This document shows positions 50,193-60,367 of a DNA stretch of 64,000 bases, piece by piece. Both the position numbers and the translations under genes were made by a program. Every line of letters starts with the position of its first letter. The first letter of the stretch is position 1. Source of the stretch: an uncultured bacterium (GTDB taxonomy: Bacteria > CSSED10-310 > CAZUFC01); assembly GCA_964619725.1 (NCBI GenBank), contig CAZUFC010000005.1, positions 32,001-96,000 on the forward strand. Reading direction: 5' to 3'. The notes under the pieces are model-generated. The model searched no databases and had not been told where the DNA came from. It saw only the letters and a list, made by a program, of their open reading frames with translations.

Positions 50193-51599
50193 TCACCTTT
50201 TTCTTTTATAGAGAGCGAAGGAGAGGGTGATGCTGAGGAGCAGTATGCCGAGAGAAGTAAAAGCGGGAACAGCGGCGCAATTGTTTTCGAAGCCGAGGGA
50301 GAGTGCGAACCAGCGTTCTTCAGAGAAGTCGTTTCCGGAGTAATTGGTGTCTATGCCGTTAGGGCAGCGAGCGAGTGAGCTTCCTTCGAGTACGTTGAAG
50401 GCGGGATATTCAGCGATTTCGCCGAGGTCATTGGTGTGTTCATAAGTATTAGGGCTTCCGTAGAGAAGGGTATCGACGAGTTGCCCTCGTGTAGTCATGA
50501 GTCTGATGCCGCATGTATAGTCGTCTGCGCTGACGAAGTTGTCTATGGGAGTGGAATTCATGATGATGGTGCTGGGGGGTACGGAGGATACGTCGACATC
50601 GGGTTCAGCGATAAGGATGTATCCGTTCGGCGGGATACTGACAGGTGCAGTGGGGCTGCATTGCCAGGCCAGGTCGAAGGCGGCGCCGGCGGTTTCGAGG
50701 TACCAGCCGGAGATATTGATGTCACTGGCGGTGGTGTTATAGAGTTCAACCCATTGGTATCCTTCATCGGGACCTTCAGGATTATACATGACATCGTTGA
50801 TTAAAACTTCGCCCATATTTAATTCGTTAAAAAAGACGGTAAAAAACATATTGACGTTACCGTCGCCCAAATCTCGGGATGCAGCATCCATGTGGACTCC
50901 GATGAATCCGCCGGCAACGTCCACGCCGTCGCATGTATCAAAGGGCACTGTGGTGTCAGAGTCATTGTTCCAGTCGCCCTGGTTTTCAGCAGTGGCGGTG
51001 GAGAATCTAACGACATCGCCTCCGGTGAATCCCAGGTCGTCGAGCGGAATGGAAAATTCAACTACGTCATTATCAACGCTCACAGCGATTTCTTCCTGGC
51101 CGGAGGGCGGCTCGATCCATTCCGATCCTTCGTCGCTGTATAATTCGATGCTCCATTCCGATCCGGTCCAATGGAGGTCTAAATTCATTTCGGAATATTG
51201 AAGCGGCGACCACAATTCAATATTGGAATCATCTCCTAACCAATCGAGCGCCAGGTCGTCGTTCGAACCGTCGCGATCCAGCGACATCATTATGTGCATT
51301 GCGTGCGTTTCGTCTATGTCGGCCATTTTGTAAAGGAAGTAGAGGTTCGTCGTATCGCGCGTCATGCGGACTTCCACGATATCGTTGTTATCGGTCATTC
51401 CGGTTTCCGTGCGCCGGTCGCCGGCTTCTCCCATGTATATCCATTCATTGTTGGAGTAATTGTCGTCATGCAATTGCAGCGGCAATTCTCCTGTCCAGTC
51501 GGACGGGTCGCCGTCTATGGTAACGGCGGCGCCGGCCAGTCCCTGATTCATTACAAAAATGGTTAAGACGACGGCCGTTGCGAATAAATTTTTGATCAT
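50193..51599 (-). CDS. Secreted DOMON/CBM9-like + lamin-tail-domain protein with IPTL/PEP-CTERM-like anchor
   Basis: RBS before ATG 51599; IDGDPSDW, NLYF, VEFSIP; LTD INDVMYNP...WVELYN...ISGW; VPAFTSLG-TM-KRKR tail. Confidence 0.75.
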   Translation of the reverse strand: MIKNLFATAVVLTIFVMNQGLAGAAVTIDGDPSDWTGELPLQLHDDNYSNNEWIYMGEAGDRRTETGMTDNNDIVEVRMTRDTTNLYFLYKMADIDETHAMHIMMSLDRDGSNDDLALDWLGDDSNIELWSPLQYSEMNLDLHWTGSEWSIELYSDEGSEWIEPPSGQEEIAVSVDNDVVEFSIPLDDLGFTGGDVVRFSTATAENQGDWNNDSDTTVPFDTCDGVDVAGGFIGVHMDAASRDLGDGNVNMFFTVFFNELNMGEVLINDVMYNPEGPDEGYQWVELYNTTASDINISGWYLETAGAAFDLAWQCSPTAPVSIPPNGYILIAEPDVDVSSVPPSTIIMNSTPIDNFVSADDYTCGIRLMTTRGQLVDTLLYGSPNTYEHTNDLGEIAEYPAFNVLEGSSLARCPNGIDTNYSGNDFSEERWFALSLGFENNCAAVPAFTSLGILLLSITLSFALYKRKR

Positions 51600-51944
51600 T
51601 AAATCATCCCCCTTTTTGTAGGCTGAAGTCGAATTTTTCGTCTGATTTATTCGGTGTTTTCCTTTCCTGTTTTTTCCGATAAACATAATTTTCTCGTCAA
51701 CCGTACTTCCCATATTCAAATCGGAAAAAAACTTCTCCTATAATCCAATAACTTAATATGACTTAAAAATCAAATCAAATCCAAAGCATTCGGCTTTGAA
51801 TTCTTTTCAATCATCATTTTTTTCTGCTAATATTCCCTTGGATTATTAATTCTTGCAGGGCGGGAATTAATGCAGTCGCTTTACTGCAGGAGTCGTCCCG
51901 AATCAGATTGAACATTAAAGCAAAAAGAGACAGGAGAGGAAGAA

Positions 51945-53357
51945 ATGAAAGGGGAGACCCTTCCTGAAGAGCTTCAGGAAATTCGTTCTTTTTTGCCTGA
52001 GATGATAGGCAGACTGGAGCAGCGTCTGCCTTACGTCTCAGCATTGGTTACCGAGGAGCGGGGATCGATATTGAATATTGATACGCGTCAGGAGAGGATA
52101 ATGGAAAAAGCGCCGCAACGGGGTATTGTCTTTACTTTGTTCAACGGCAGGTTTTTTCAGGAATGGGCGACTGACAGGCTCGAAGAGGACTTTTTAAAAG
52201 ACAAGACGGATGAAATGTGTGGTTTGTTCGAAAAAATGGAGGATATGGAGCCGCGTTTTGAAGTAAAGACGGGGGAGGAAAAGGACGAGCATTACGATTC
52301 GGAATTCGAGACAGACCCTGATGACGTAAAGTTGGAGGAGATGGTGACGGCGTGCCGCGATTTAATCGGCACGGTCGAATCCATGGAGCCCCGTATCGCC
52401 AATACGACGGTAAGTTATCACGACGGCAAGGAATACAAGATATTTGCGAACAGGAAAAAGCTCCTGTCAAGTTCTTTGACCACATGCGGAATTCGATTGG
52501 TAGTGATAGGGACGCACAAGAAGCGGACCCGGATGAATTTTATCGGATCGGGCGGCGTCGCAGGATTCGAAGCGATAAAGTTTAAAAAAGAATCTTTGCA
52601 GGAAATGATTGATGATTTGAACCTGTTGTTTGAAAGCGAACCGCCCGCGCCGGGAATTTATGACGTCATATCTTCCCCTGAAGTAAGCGGAATTCTGGCG
52701 CATGAAGCTTTCGGACATGGCGTCGAAACCGACATGATGGTCAAGAAACGTTCTCGCGCTGCTTCTTATATGAACAAACGGGTTGCATCTTCTCTGGTCG
52801 ATATGATTGACGACCCGTCGCTGAAAGGTTTAAACGGCAGTTACTTTTTTGATGATGAAGGCCAGATAGCCCGTCCCACGGTGATTATCAAAAACGGCGT
52901 ATTGAAAAGGGGATTGACGGATTTGAGGTCAGCCATGGAAATGGGATTGGAAAGATCAGCCAACGGCAGACGGGAAAGCTTCGAAAGAAAAATATATGCC
53001 CGGATGTCCAATACTTTTTTCGATTCCGGCGAATCGAGTTTCGAGGAGATGCTTGGTGACACAGACTACGGATTATATCTGAAAAAATCCAGCAGCGGCA
53101 TGGAGGACCCTCAGGGTTGGGGCATACAGGTCGGCATCAATCTCGCCCGTGAAATTAAAAACGGCAAGCTGACTTCCCGGGTTTACTCGCCGCTTACGAT
53201 GACTGGATATGTTCCTGATTTATTGCAGTCCGTTACGCATGTAGGGAACAGGGTTGAATTTGCCGGCATGGGAGGAACCTGCGGCAAGGGGCACAAGGAG
53301 CTGGTAAGGGTCAGCGCCGGCGGACCCCACTTGCGTTTCAAAGTGAGGTTGGGATAA
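51945..53357 (+). CDS. tldD: TldD metalloprotease
   Basis: HEAFGHG (HExxxH), FDDEG, ARMSNT, CGK. Confidence 0.9.
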   Translation: MKGETLPEELQEIRSFLPEMIGRLEQRLPYVSALVTEERGSILNIDTRQERIMEKAPQRGIVFTLFNGRFFQEWATDRLEEDFLKDKTDEMCGLFEKMEDMEPRFEVKTGEEKDEHYDSEFETDPDDVKLEEMVTACRDLIGTVESMEPRIANTTVSYHDGKEYKIFANRKKLLSSSLTTCGIRLVVIGTHKKRTRMNFIGSGGVAGFEAIKFKKESLQEMIDDLNLLFESEPPAPGIYDVISSPEVSGILAHEAFGHGVETDMMVKKRSRAASYMNKRVASSLVDMIDDPSLKGLNGSYFFDDEGQIARPTVIIKNGVLKRGLTDLRSAMEMGLERSANGRRESFERKIYARMSNTFFDSGESSFEEMLGDTDYGLYLKKSSSGMEDPQGWGIQVGINLAREIKNGKLTSRVYSPLTMTGYVPDLLQSVTHVGNRVEFAGMGGTCGKGHKELVRVSAGGPHLRFKVRLG

Positions 53358-54679
53358 TGGACAGGATTTTAAATGCTCTTGAGAGGCGTTCTGAGATATC
53401 CGCCTGGCGGATCGTTCATAAAAAAACGACGAAATATCAGCTTTACGTTATCGGTAATCTTCTGGACAATATCCGCAAAGTGGTTACGAATAAGTATCAC
53501 GTAACCGTATATTGCGATCATGATAAATTCAGGGGCGACACAACTATTACTCTGTTTGAAAACGACCTGGACAGAATAGAAGATAGATTATTGCAGGCGA
53601 TATTTATAGCTTCCAGAATAAATAATCCTGGGTATGAGTTGCCTGGTCCGGCTGATTATCCTTTTGTGGAGTGTTTTGATCCGACATTGCTGGGAGATGT
53701 TGAGGAAATACTGTTTATGAAACTGGCAGACCGTCTGATCGAAGCTGTTGAGCAGGAGAAAGACGTGCGGCTTTCCAGTTCCGAATATTTTCTGGACCTG
53801 AATCAATTCAGGCTGAGGAACAGCAAAGGCATTGATTTAGAATTCAATCAAACCGAAATATTTTTCGACGGCGTTTTGCTTTCAGGTCGGGGAGAGAGGG
53901 AAGTGGAAATACATTTTGAGCCCAGGGCCAGAAGGCTGCAGGACCTGCCCATAGAATCCATCATTAGAACCCATGCGCAATTCGCCCGGGACAGCGTTCA
54001 TGCGGAACTTCCTGCAAGCGGTCAGTATCCTGTGGCGCTGTCGGGAGAAGCATTGTCGAATATCTTCTGGGCATTGATACATCATACGTCCGCTGCTGCC
54101 CAATATCGCCGGACATCAAGCTTTGAATTAAACGATTCTGTCTATTCAACAGGAAAACCGAAGGGTGAGCCGATAACACTGATAAGCAACGGTTACTTTC
54201 CATTCGGCCTACAGACCACGCCGGCTGACCCTGACGGCGTTCCGGCGGGCAGGCATGAACTGATCCGTGAAGGATGTTTTAAAAAAGCCTGGAGTCCCAA
54301 ACAGTATGCGGATTATCTTGATATAGAGGCGACAGGTCACCTGGCCAACCTGGAAATACCTATCGGACCGACCTCCAGAAATGACCTGCTGACTCAAAAC
54401 GGCCCTGTCCTTCAAATCGTCCTCTTTTCAGGACTGCTTCCCGATCCGGTGTCAGGAGGTTTCGCCGGCGAAATAAAACTGGGTTACGAATACAATAAAG
54501 GGAAAATTACTCCCGTCAAAGGCGGTTCAGTCAGCGGAAATTTTATTTCCGGCTTTGAAAACGCTTACTTCTCTACAGAATCTCGCTCAGGTTACTACGC
54601 TCAGTCCATGGACCGGTTCGGCACTTATCACGGTCCTGATGCGATAAGGTTTGAAACGTTTCAGGTCAGCGGCAAGTGA
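53357..54679 (+). CDS. pmbA: TldE/PmbA non-catalytic partner
   Basis: One-base overlap with tldD; NSKG, DGVP, TGH, SGGF, PVKGGSVSGN; no HExxxH. Confidence 0.8.
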   Translation: MDRILNALERRSEISAWRIVHKKTTKYQLYVIGNLLDNIRKVVTNKYHVTVYCDHDKFRGDTTITLFENDLDRIEDRLLQAIFIASRINNPGYELPGPADYPFVECFDPTLLGDVEEILFMKLADRLIEAVEQEKDVRLSSSEYFLDLNQFRLRNSKGIDLEFNQTEIFFDGVLLSGRGEREVEIHFEPRARRLQDLPIESIIRTHAQFARDSVHAELPASGQYPVALSGEALSNIFWALIHHTSAAAQYRRTSSFELNDSVYSTGKPKGEPITLISNGYFPFGLQTTPADPDGVPAGRHELIREGCFKKAWSPKQYADYLDIEATGHLANLEIPIGPTSRNDLLTQNGPVLQIVLFSGLLPDPVSGGFAGEIKLGYEYNKGKITPVKGGSVSGNFISGFENAYFSTESRSGYYAQSMDRFGTYHGPDAIRFETFQVSGK

Positions 54680-54983
54680 ATCCGGGCAGCGCCTGTCCAT
54701 AACATCAAATGCTGATTAAAATTTTGTTGCTGCCCTGCCTGTATTTTATTCGGTGAAAGGGTTTGCATGCAAGCTCTGCTTGAGTGCATGTTTTTGACTT
54801 TATAGCTTCAATGAGTTATAAAGCACATATAAAAACTGCTGTCAGCGGTTTTCATTTTGAGGAAGGCTATCGGGTTATACTTTTTCCGTTTCATGGCGGC
54901 AAATGTGGTTCCGTTGGCATATCAACGCAGGGCGATATTTTTTCTTTTATTGCCGGACCAAATGAGGAAATTGAGGGAGAAGG

Positions 54984-55967
54984 ATGCGTATACGTTTTTT
55001 AAAAACAATTATATTTTCGCTGATTTTGACGACATGTTCTGTGGAAGCATGGTGGAATTCAAGCTGGCTGTATCGAAAACCGATAGAGCTGACGAATTCC
55101 GGATCGGCGACGAGTGATCATCAGATAAAGATAATCGTCGATACGGCTTCATTGGTTGCGGCGGGAAAGATGCAATCTGACGGCGATGACATTCGCGTTC
55201 TGGCTGCGGATGATTCGACTCAGCTATCGCTATGGATCGAACCTGGGACAATGAATACGTCCCAAACGGTACTCTGGACGAAAGCGCCCAGTATTCCCAT
55301 GGGCGATTCGACGATTTTTATGTATTACGGGAATGATCAGGCCAGCGGTGTGAGTAATGTTCAAAATGTAGTGATGAGGATCATCGGATCGCTTGATGCA
55401 CTGTATCATTTTGACGGTAATTTCAATGATTTTTCCGGGAACGGACGGCATTTGACCAATCACGGCATCAGTTTTTCAAGCAGCGGAAAGCATGGTCAGT
55501 CATTAAGTCTGGACGGGAACAATGATTATGCCTGGAGCGATGATTGGGTAGATGGGCGCTACAACAACAATAATCCGTGCGGAGGCGATCCATGGAAAGC
55601 CTGGCCGATTACTCTGGCAGCCTGGATAAATCCCGATCAGCAGGCAGGAATGAAGATTATCGCAGACCGTCATTCTGACAGTAATAACTGGCAATACTCG
55701 CTTCAATTGAATTCTAACGGTCAGGCGCAAAGTTGGGTGCATACTTACGGCGGGCCGACTCAACATCATGAGCTGGGTAGTTATTCAACGGGTTCATGGA
55801 ATTTTGCGGCGATGTATTACCGGGACCAATGCCAGAGATATCCTCCGTTAAGGGTATTCCTAAACGGAAGCTACACCGACGAGAGAGGCGGAACCAACGG
55901 ATTGCATTACAATCAGGGAACCAGGTTTCAGATCGGCGATGTAATCCAGAGTGAATTATACATGTAG
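54984..55967 (+). CDS. DUF2341 + LamG-like exported protein, apparently C-terminally truncated
   Basis: WWNSSWLYRKPI, KMQSDGDDIR, MYYGN; LamG part ends just after FQIG. Confidence 0.7.
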   Translation: MRIRFLKTIIFSLILTTCSVEAWWNSSWLYRKPIELTNSGSATSDHQIKIIVDTASLVAAGKMQSDGDDIRVLAADDSTQLSLWIEPGTMNTSQTVLWTKAPSIPMGDSTIFMYYGNDQASGVSNVQNVVMRIIGSLDALYHFDGNFNDFSGNGRHLTNHGISFSSSGKHGQSLSLDGNNDYAWSDDWVDGRYNNNNPCGGDPWKAWPITLAAWINPDQQAGMKIIADRHSDSNNWQYSLQLNSNGQAQSWVHTYGGPTQHHELGSYSTGSWNFAAMYYRDQCQRYPPLRVFLNGSYTDERGGTNGLHYNQGTRFQIGDVIQSELYM

Positions 55968-56222
55968 TCGTGATCGTGAAATCGTTATCGAAGGATCTTA
56001 TGCTCATAGGTCATGCAGCCGAATCGTGAAAAGCGCAGAAATTTTTTCTTCGACCCGGTTGGCGTTCCGTTGAACGTGAGGGGCCAGAAAAAAACGGGTA
56101 CCGTTTAACAGCTTCTTTTGATCGATGCCTTGGGAACAACGACAGTTGTCCAGTCCGCTTCCGGGAAATAAACGTTTGCAGATTGTTGATATGGATTTTT
56201 TCAGCTCATGTTAATATCGGAG

Positions 56223-57641
56223 TTATGTTTTGGTCCATTCCAGCAAGCCGCGTTCTTTCGGGGTTCCCGGTATCGTATTGTCCAGGATAAAAGCTAATAT
56301 ACCGCCGACGGCCATGCCCGTATTTCCGATTGTGTTGACAATGTCGGCGAGCCATTGGGCTGAGTCCCAGGTCAGCGGATTATTTGCAAAGTATTGGGGA
56401 AGACTCAATCCCATGAAGAAAGAGAATCCGACAATGAAGAGATTACGAGGTGAATTCAAGTCGACGAACTGCAGATTCGAAATGCCGACGGCTACGATCA
56501 TTCCAAACAGGGCACAATACTTTCCGCCGACGATGGGCTTGGGTATCGTTGTAAAAATAGCGCCGAATTTGGCGACGGCGCCGAAGAAAATCATCAGAAC
56601 AGCGCCGGACTTCACTACCCTCCTGGATGCGATCCGGGTTAATCCGATAGCACCGATATTTTCAGAATAGGACGTGGTGCCGTTCCCGGTTCCCATAATG
56701 CCGGCAAAAAGGCTGCCTAAACCTTCCATGCCTATTCCTTTGCTGATGACTTTTTCCGATGGATTAGGCGCCTGGGACATTCTGGCGCAGGCGTAGTAAT
56801 CGCCTACGGATTCAATCATGGAGGCGATATAACCTGAAATGATTCCGACGAATCCCGCAAAAGTGAAAACCGGCCATCCCCATTGAAAGGGATAAGGGAT
56901 TCGGAACCACGAAGACTGAACGACGCATTCCAGGTCGACGAATGACGGATCGCCCGGCTGAAAGAAACCGGTAACGCTCCCGATCATGGCTATCAGCCAG
57001 CTCAATGCAATGGCGATCAAAACCGGGAACATCTCAAAGTAACGATGTACCCTTCTCATATACTGAGCGAAAAGGATAATCAAAACAATGGTTAAACCGC
57101 CGATACGCCAGTCTTTTCCGGCATCGGGAGCGCCGAATTGAAACAGCGTCAATCCTATCAGGGCTATCGTCGGCGCGATGGTAATAGGGCCGATCCGTTT
57201 TTTCAGTTTGCCTATTAGTCCGGAATACCCGAAAAGTATCTCAAAAAAAGCGCCGGAAATGACGGCTCCCTGCACATGCTGCATTCGCACTTCCCATCCG
57301 GCGGTCTTCAAGGCCGCAGAAGAACAAATGGCAATAGCCGGCGCCAGAAGGGCAAATGTTCCGCCCTGGATGATAGGAAGCCTGTTTCCCCAGGTAATCT
57401 GCATTATGGTGGTTATTCCTGACACGAAAAACATAGTGGCGATCAATTTGGCCAAATCGTGAGGATCGTTTATTCCCAGAGGTCCGGAAAGAATCAGAGG
57501 TATGGAAACAGTCGCTCCAAACATCGTCAGATAATGCTGCAAACCCAGGAAAAGACTCTGAGCAAACGGCGGTTTATCGTCGATCGTGTAAATCATGCCG
57601 GATGATTTTACTTCTGCTCCTGAAGTATCTTTCTTCATCAT
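56223..57641 (-). CDS. NCS2 nucleobase permease (SLC23-like)
   Basis: LGLQHYLTMFG, GNRLPIIQG, ESVGDY, SYSENIGAIGLTRIASR signature. Confidence 0.92.
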   Translation of the reverse strand: MMKKDTSGAEVKSSGMIYTIDDKPPFAQSLFLGLQHYLTMFGATVSIPLILSGPLGINDPHDLAKLIATMFFVSGITTIMQITWGNRLPIIQGGTFALLAPAIAICSSAALKTAGWEVRMQHVQGAVISGAFFEILFGYSGLIGKLKKRIGPITIAPTIALIGLTLFQFGAPDAGKDWRIGGLTIVLIILFAQYMRRVHRYFEMFPVLIAIALSWLIAMIGSVTGFFQPGDPSFVDLECVVQSSWFRIPYPFQWGWPVFTFAGFVGIISGYIASMIESVGDYYACARMSQAPNPSEKVISKGIGMEGLGSLFAGIMGTGNGTTSYSENIGAIGLTRIASRRVVKSGAVLMIFFGAVAKFGAIFTTIPKPIVGGKYCALFGMIVAVGISNLQFVDLNSPRNLFIVGFSFFMGLSLPQYFANNPLTWDSAQWLADIVNTIGNTGMAVGGILAFILDNTIPGTPKERGLLEWTKT

Positions 57642-57797
57642 TCTTGTCTCCTGTGGAGGTTCAAGGTTATTATGCGAGAGTTGTCATTAACAGTCAACGG
57701 TTTTTTCTTTTTTTACATTTTGTTATAATAGAAAAAGTAAAGACAGGATTGAGGCATGCATGCTTGCTTGCAGTGATTGATGCAAAGGAGGCGAACA

Positions 57798-59936
57798 ATG
57801 AGAACAGTTAGCTTTTTTAATGCAGGCGTATTTTTCAGCGCCGTCGTCGTTTTTTTGATCATCATGCAGAATGCAGGTTATGCCGATAAAGGTGGGTTGG
57901 AAGACAACATGTATGGATTCGTAAGTTATGGAGGCGACGAGAGTCCTCCGCTGGATGATGCGCCGGCGGTCATACGTTCGCTGGGAGCGGGGTGGCTTCA
58001 GTCTGAAGGCCCTGTTACTTTCAGCAGGGGAGCATGCTGGGGATTGATTCAGCCGGAGAATTTGTACGACTTTGATTGGGATACTGTGGAATGGGTAAAT
58101 GCAGCGGCAGCAGAAGGGCTTGGTGTTTTGATGGTCGTTGCTCCGGGCCATGATTCAGCGACAGTCGATAATTACAGTCCCTGGACCGACTGCGGCGGCG
58201 CCGGTCCAGTATGGCCGACGAGCAATTGTCCGCCGGGGGATTACCAGCAATGGTATGAATTCTGTTATGCCGTCGGCGAACATTTTGACGGGGAGCATGG
58301 CGCTCCCCGCATCGATTATTACATGACAACCGGCGAAACGGACGATGTAAATTACTGGCTGGGAAGCGCTGAACAGTACTACGGAGGTTCTGAAGCGACT
58401 GTTGTAACGAGGCGAAACAATATGGGTCAGGTTGAATTGCCCGCTGCGCTGGTCCCTGTGCTGGAACTTGGAATAAAAGATGCGAATCCTGATGCGAAAA
58501 TTGTGGTAGGAGCTTGCACAGCCTGGCGATCATACGCATGGAATCATTTGAAGGATATGATCGACAGCGGCGCTTCTGAGGATGAAGTGACGACGCAGGC
58601 TAAACGATATGGCCTTACCGACTCCTTTGCCCAACTTGTGAACAGGTTGGAAAACGATCCGCTCGTCAGGAGATCGGTGGAATTTCTATGGGCGAGCTTA
58701 TCCATGCCTCAACATTATGATATCTATGGAGCGCATTACTATGCCATGCATGGATATCATGATGCCATTTCCTATCTTCTTGATCAAATGGAGGAATCTG
58801 CCGTCAACAAACCAGTCTGGATGACGGGCGAAGGAAGGCCTTTCTCCGGCGATGCAGCGGGTCATCTGAAAAGCGCGGACCTCCATTTAAGGCGCATAAT
58901 CTATTCGCATGCCCTCGGTCTTGACTGGCACGACGTTTCATTCCTGGTCGACGTCGTTCTTTTTAATTGCTGCGGAATGTACAAGCTGCCTCAGGCCGGC
59001 AGGGATTATCCCGCCAGACGTCCGCTTGCGGATACTTTTCGTCTGATGGCTCACCTGTTCCCCTCAGCCGGTTGCGCTACGCCTCAAGATGTCGAATCTC
59101 CTTATGCTGATACGGAACTTTTTTCCTTTTCCGTTCAGCATCCCGGTACGGGATATGCCGGAGGCGCAGCGGCAGGATGGTGCGAAAACACCTGTCCGGA
59201 ATTTTCGAGTATAGGAATGTGGTGTACTGAAGGTTGTCCGAAGCCGGAAATCGATATCAGCGCTGTTCTGGATATCTCTGACGGAACGGCAGTAACAGTC
59301 CTGGATGCTGCTGGAGAAATCATCGAACATAACGACGACGGATATTGCCCGGTCGTTTTCGATGAGTCTCCATTCGTTGCCGTTTGGGGACCGGACCGTG
59401 ACGGCGATGAGATTCCCGATATACTGGATAATTGTCCTGAAACTTCCAATCAGGATCAAACCAATAATCCGGCAGAACATCTGGAGGGAAACGGGAATCC
59501 GCAAATTCCCGCTCCCGACTGGATCGGCGATGCCTGCGATCCCTGTCCTGACGACGGTCATCCCGATTGCGGTCAAACGTGCGATACGACGGGAGTGGTA
59601 CTATCTATGCCCACTCAATGGTTTACTCCCGGAGACAACTGCTTTTTGACCGCTTCCGTCTGCAACGCATCAACCGCAGACCTGAACGGCAATCCGCTCT
59701 TCGTTATACTGGACGTATACGGCCAATACTGGTTCGCCCCCGGATGGACAGAAACCCCCGACGCCTATTCCCGAAACTATGAACCGGGACTCACCGTCAT
59801 ATCGGTCATCAATCCGTTCCAGTGGCCGCAAAATACGGGAACCGCCGAAAATATTTTCTTTCATGCAGCACTTACCGATCCCGGAATCACTACCATACTG
59901 GGAGAAATGAGCTCCTGGCGCTTCGGATGGGAATGA
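57798..59936 (+). CDS. Secreted GH-A-like TIM-barrel protein + TSP3-like Ca-binding repeat + shared CTD
   Basis: AAGGAGG RBS; TTGET, DIYGAHYY, KPVWMTGEG; DRDGDEIPDILDNCP...IGDACD; CTD ILDVYGQYWFAPGW...FQWP. Confidence 0.7.
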   Translation: MRTVSFFNAGVFFSAVVVFLIIMQNAGYADKGGLEDNMYGFVSYGGDESPPLDDAPAVIRSLGAGWLQSEGPVTFSRGACWGLIQPENLYDFDWDTVEWVNAAAAEGLGVLMVVAPGHDSATVDNYSPWTDCGGAGPVWPTSNCPPGDYQQWYEFCYAVGEHFDGEHGAPRIDYYMTTGETDDVNYWLGSAEQYYGGSEATVVTRRNNMGQVELPAALVPVLELGIKDANPDAKIVVGACTAWRSYAWNHLKDMIDSGASEDEVTTQAKRYGLTDSFAQLVNRLENDPLVRRSVEFLWASLSMPQHYDIYGAHYYAMHGYHDAISYLLDQMEESAVNKPVWMTGEGRPFSGDAAGHLKSADLHLRRIIYSHALGLDWHDVSFLVDVVLFNCCGMYKLPQAGRDYPARRPLADTFRLMAHLFPSAGCATPQDVESPYADTELFSFSVQHPGTGYAGGAAAGWCENTCPEFSSIGMWCTEGCPKPEIDISAVLDISDGTAVTVLDAAGEIIEHNDDGYCPVVFDESPFVAVWGPDRDGDEIPDILDNCPETSNQDQTNNPAEHLEGNGNPQIPAPDWIGDACDPCPDDGHPDCGQTCDTTGVVLSMPTQWFTPGDNCFLTASVCNASTADLNGNPLFVILDVYGQYWFAPGWTETPDAYSRNYEPGLTVISVINPFQWPQNTGTAENIFFHAALTDPGITTILGEMSSWRFGWE

Positions 59937-59966
59937 CCGAAAAAATCGTAGTGTTCTATCGGCAGC

Positions 59967-59993
59967 CAAGGGTTTGCGAAGGGCTCTGACCCC
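59967..59993 (+). repeat. Dispersed REP-like motif, copy of 10320-10346
   Basis: CAAGGGTTTGCGAAGGGCTCTGACCCC. Confidence 0.8.
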
Positions 59994-60226
59994 GGCGGCG
60001 ACCCGCTACTGCGGTCCTTTCCGTCCTTTTAAAAAAATTGGATTTCGACAAGACAGGCTTGGATACGGGGATATCGGAAATACCATTCCAAACGAATTCT
60101 CCTGGCCCGTTATGGGCTGAAACTAAATACAGGGACTGAAATTTCGGTGCGCTCTGCAAAACGAAGAAATAAATTGTATCAGGGGCGATTAGTATATGAT
60201 TGAATTCGGGTAGGGGTTTTAATGAT

Positions 60227-60310
60227 AAGGGACAAAGGGACAAAAGGACCAAAGGACCAAAGGACCTAAGGGACCTAAGGGACCTAAGGGACCTAAGGGA
60301 CTGAAGGGAC
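60227..60310 (+). repeat. Short tandem repeat, about ten 8-9 bp units (..AAGG(G)AC)
   Basis: CAAAGGAC x2, CTAAGGGAC x4 and variants. Confidence 0.9.
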
Positions 60311-60367
60311 TTCTGGAATACAAAATCATTTGCACATGCAAAAAACCGTCATCTGAAAATTAACCGT

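Noticed and set aside
51945-54679. RiPP cluster around tldD/tldE
   Set aside because: No precursor peptide or modifying enzymes adjacent
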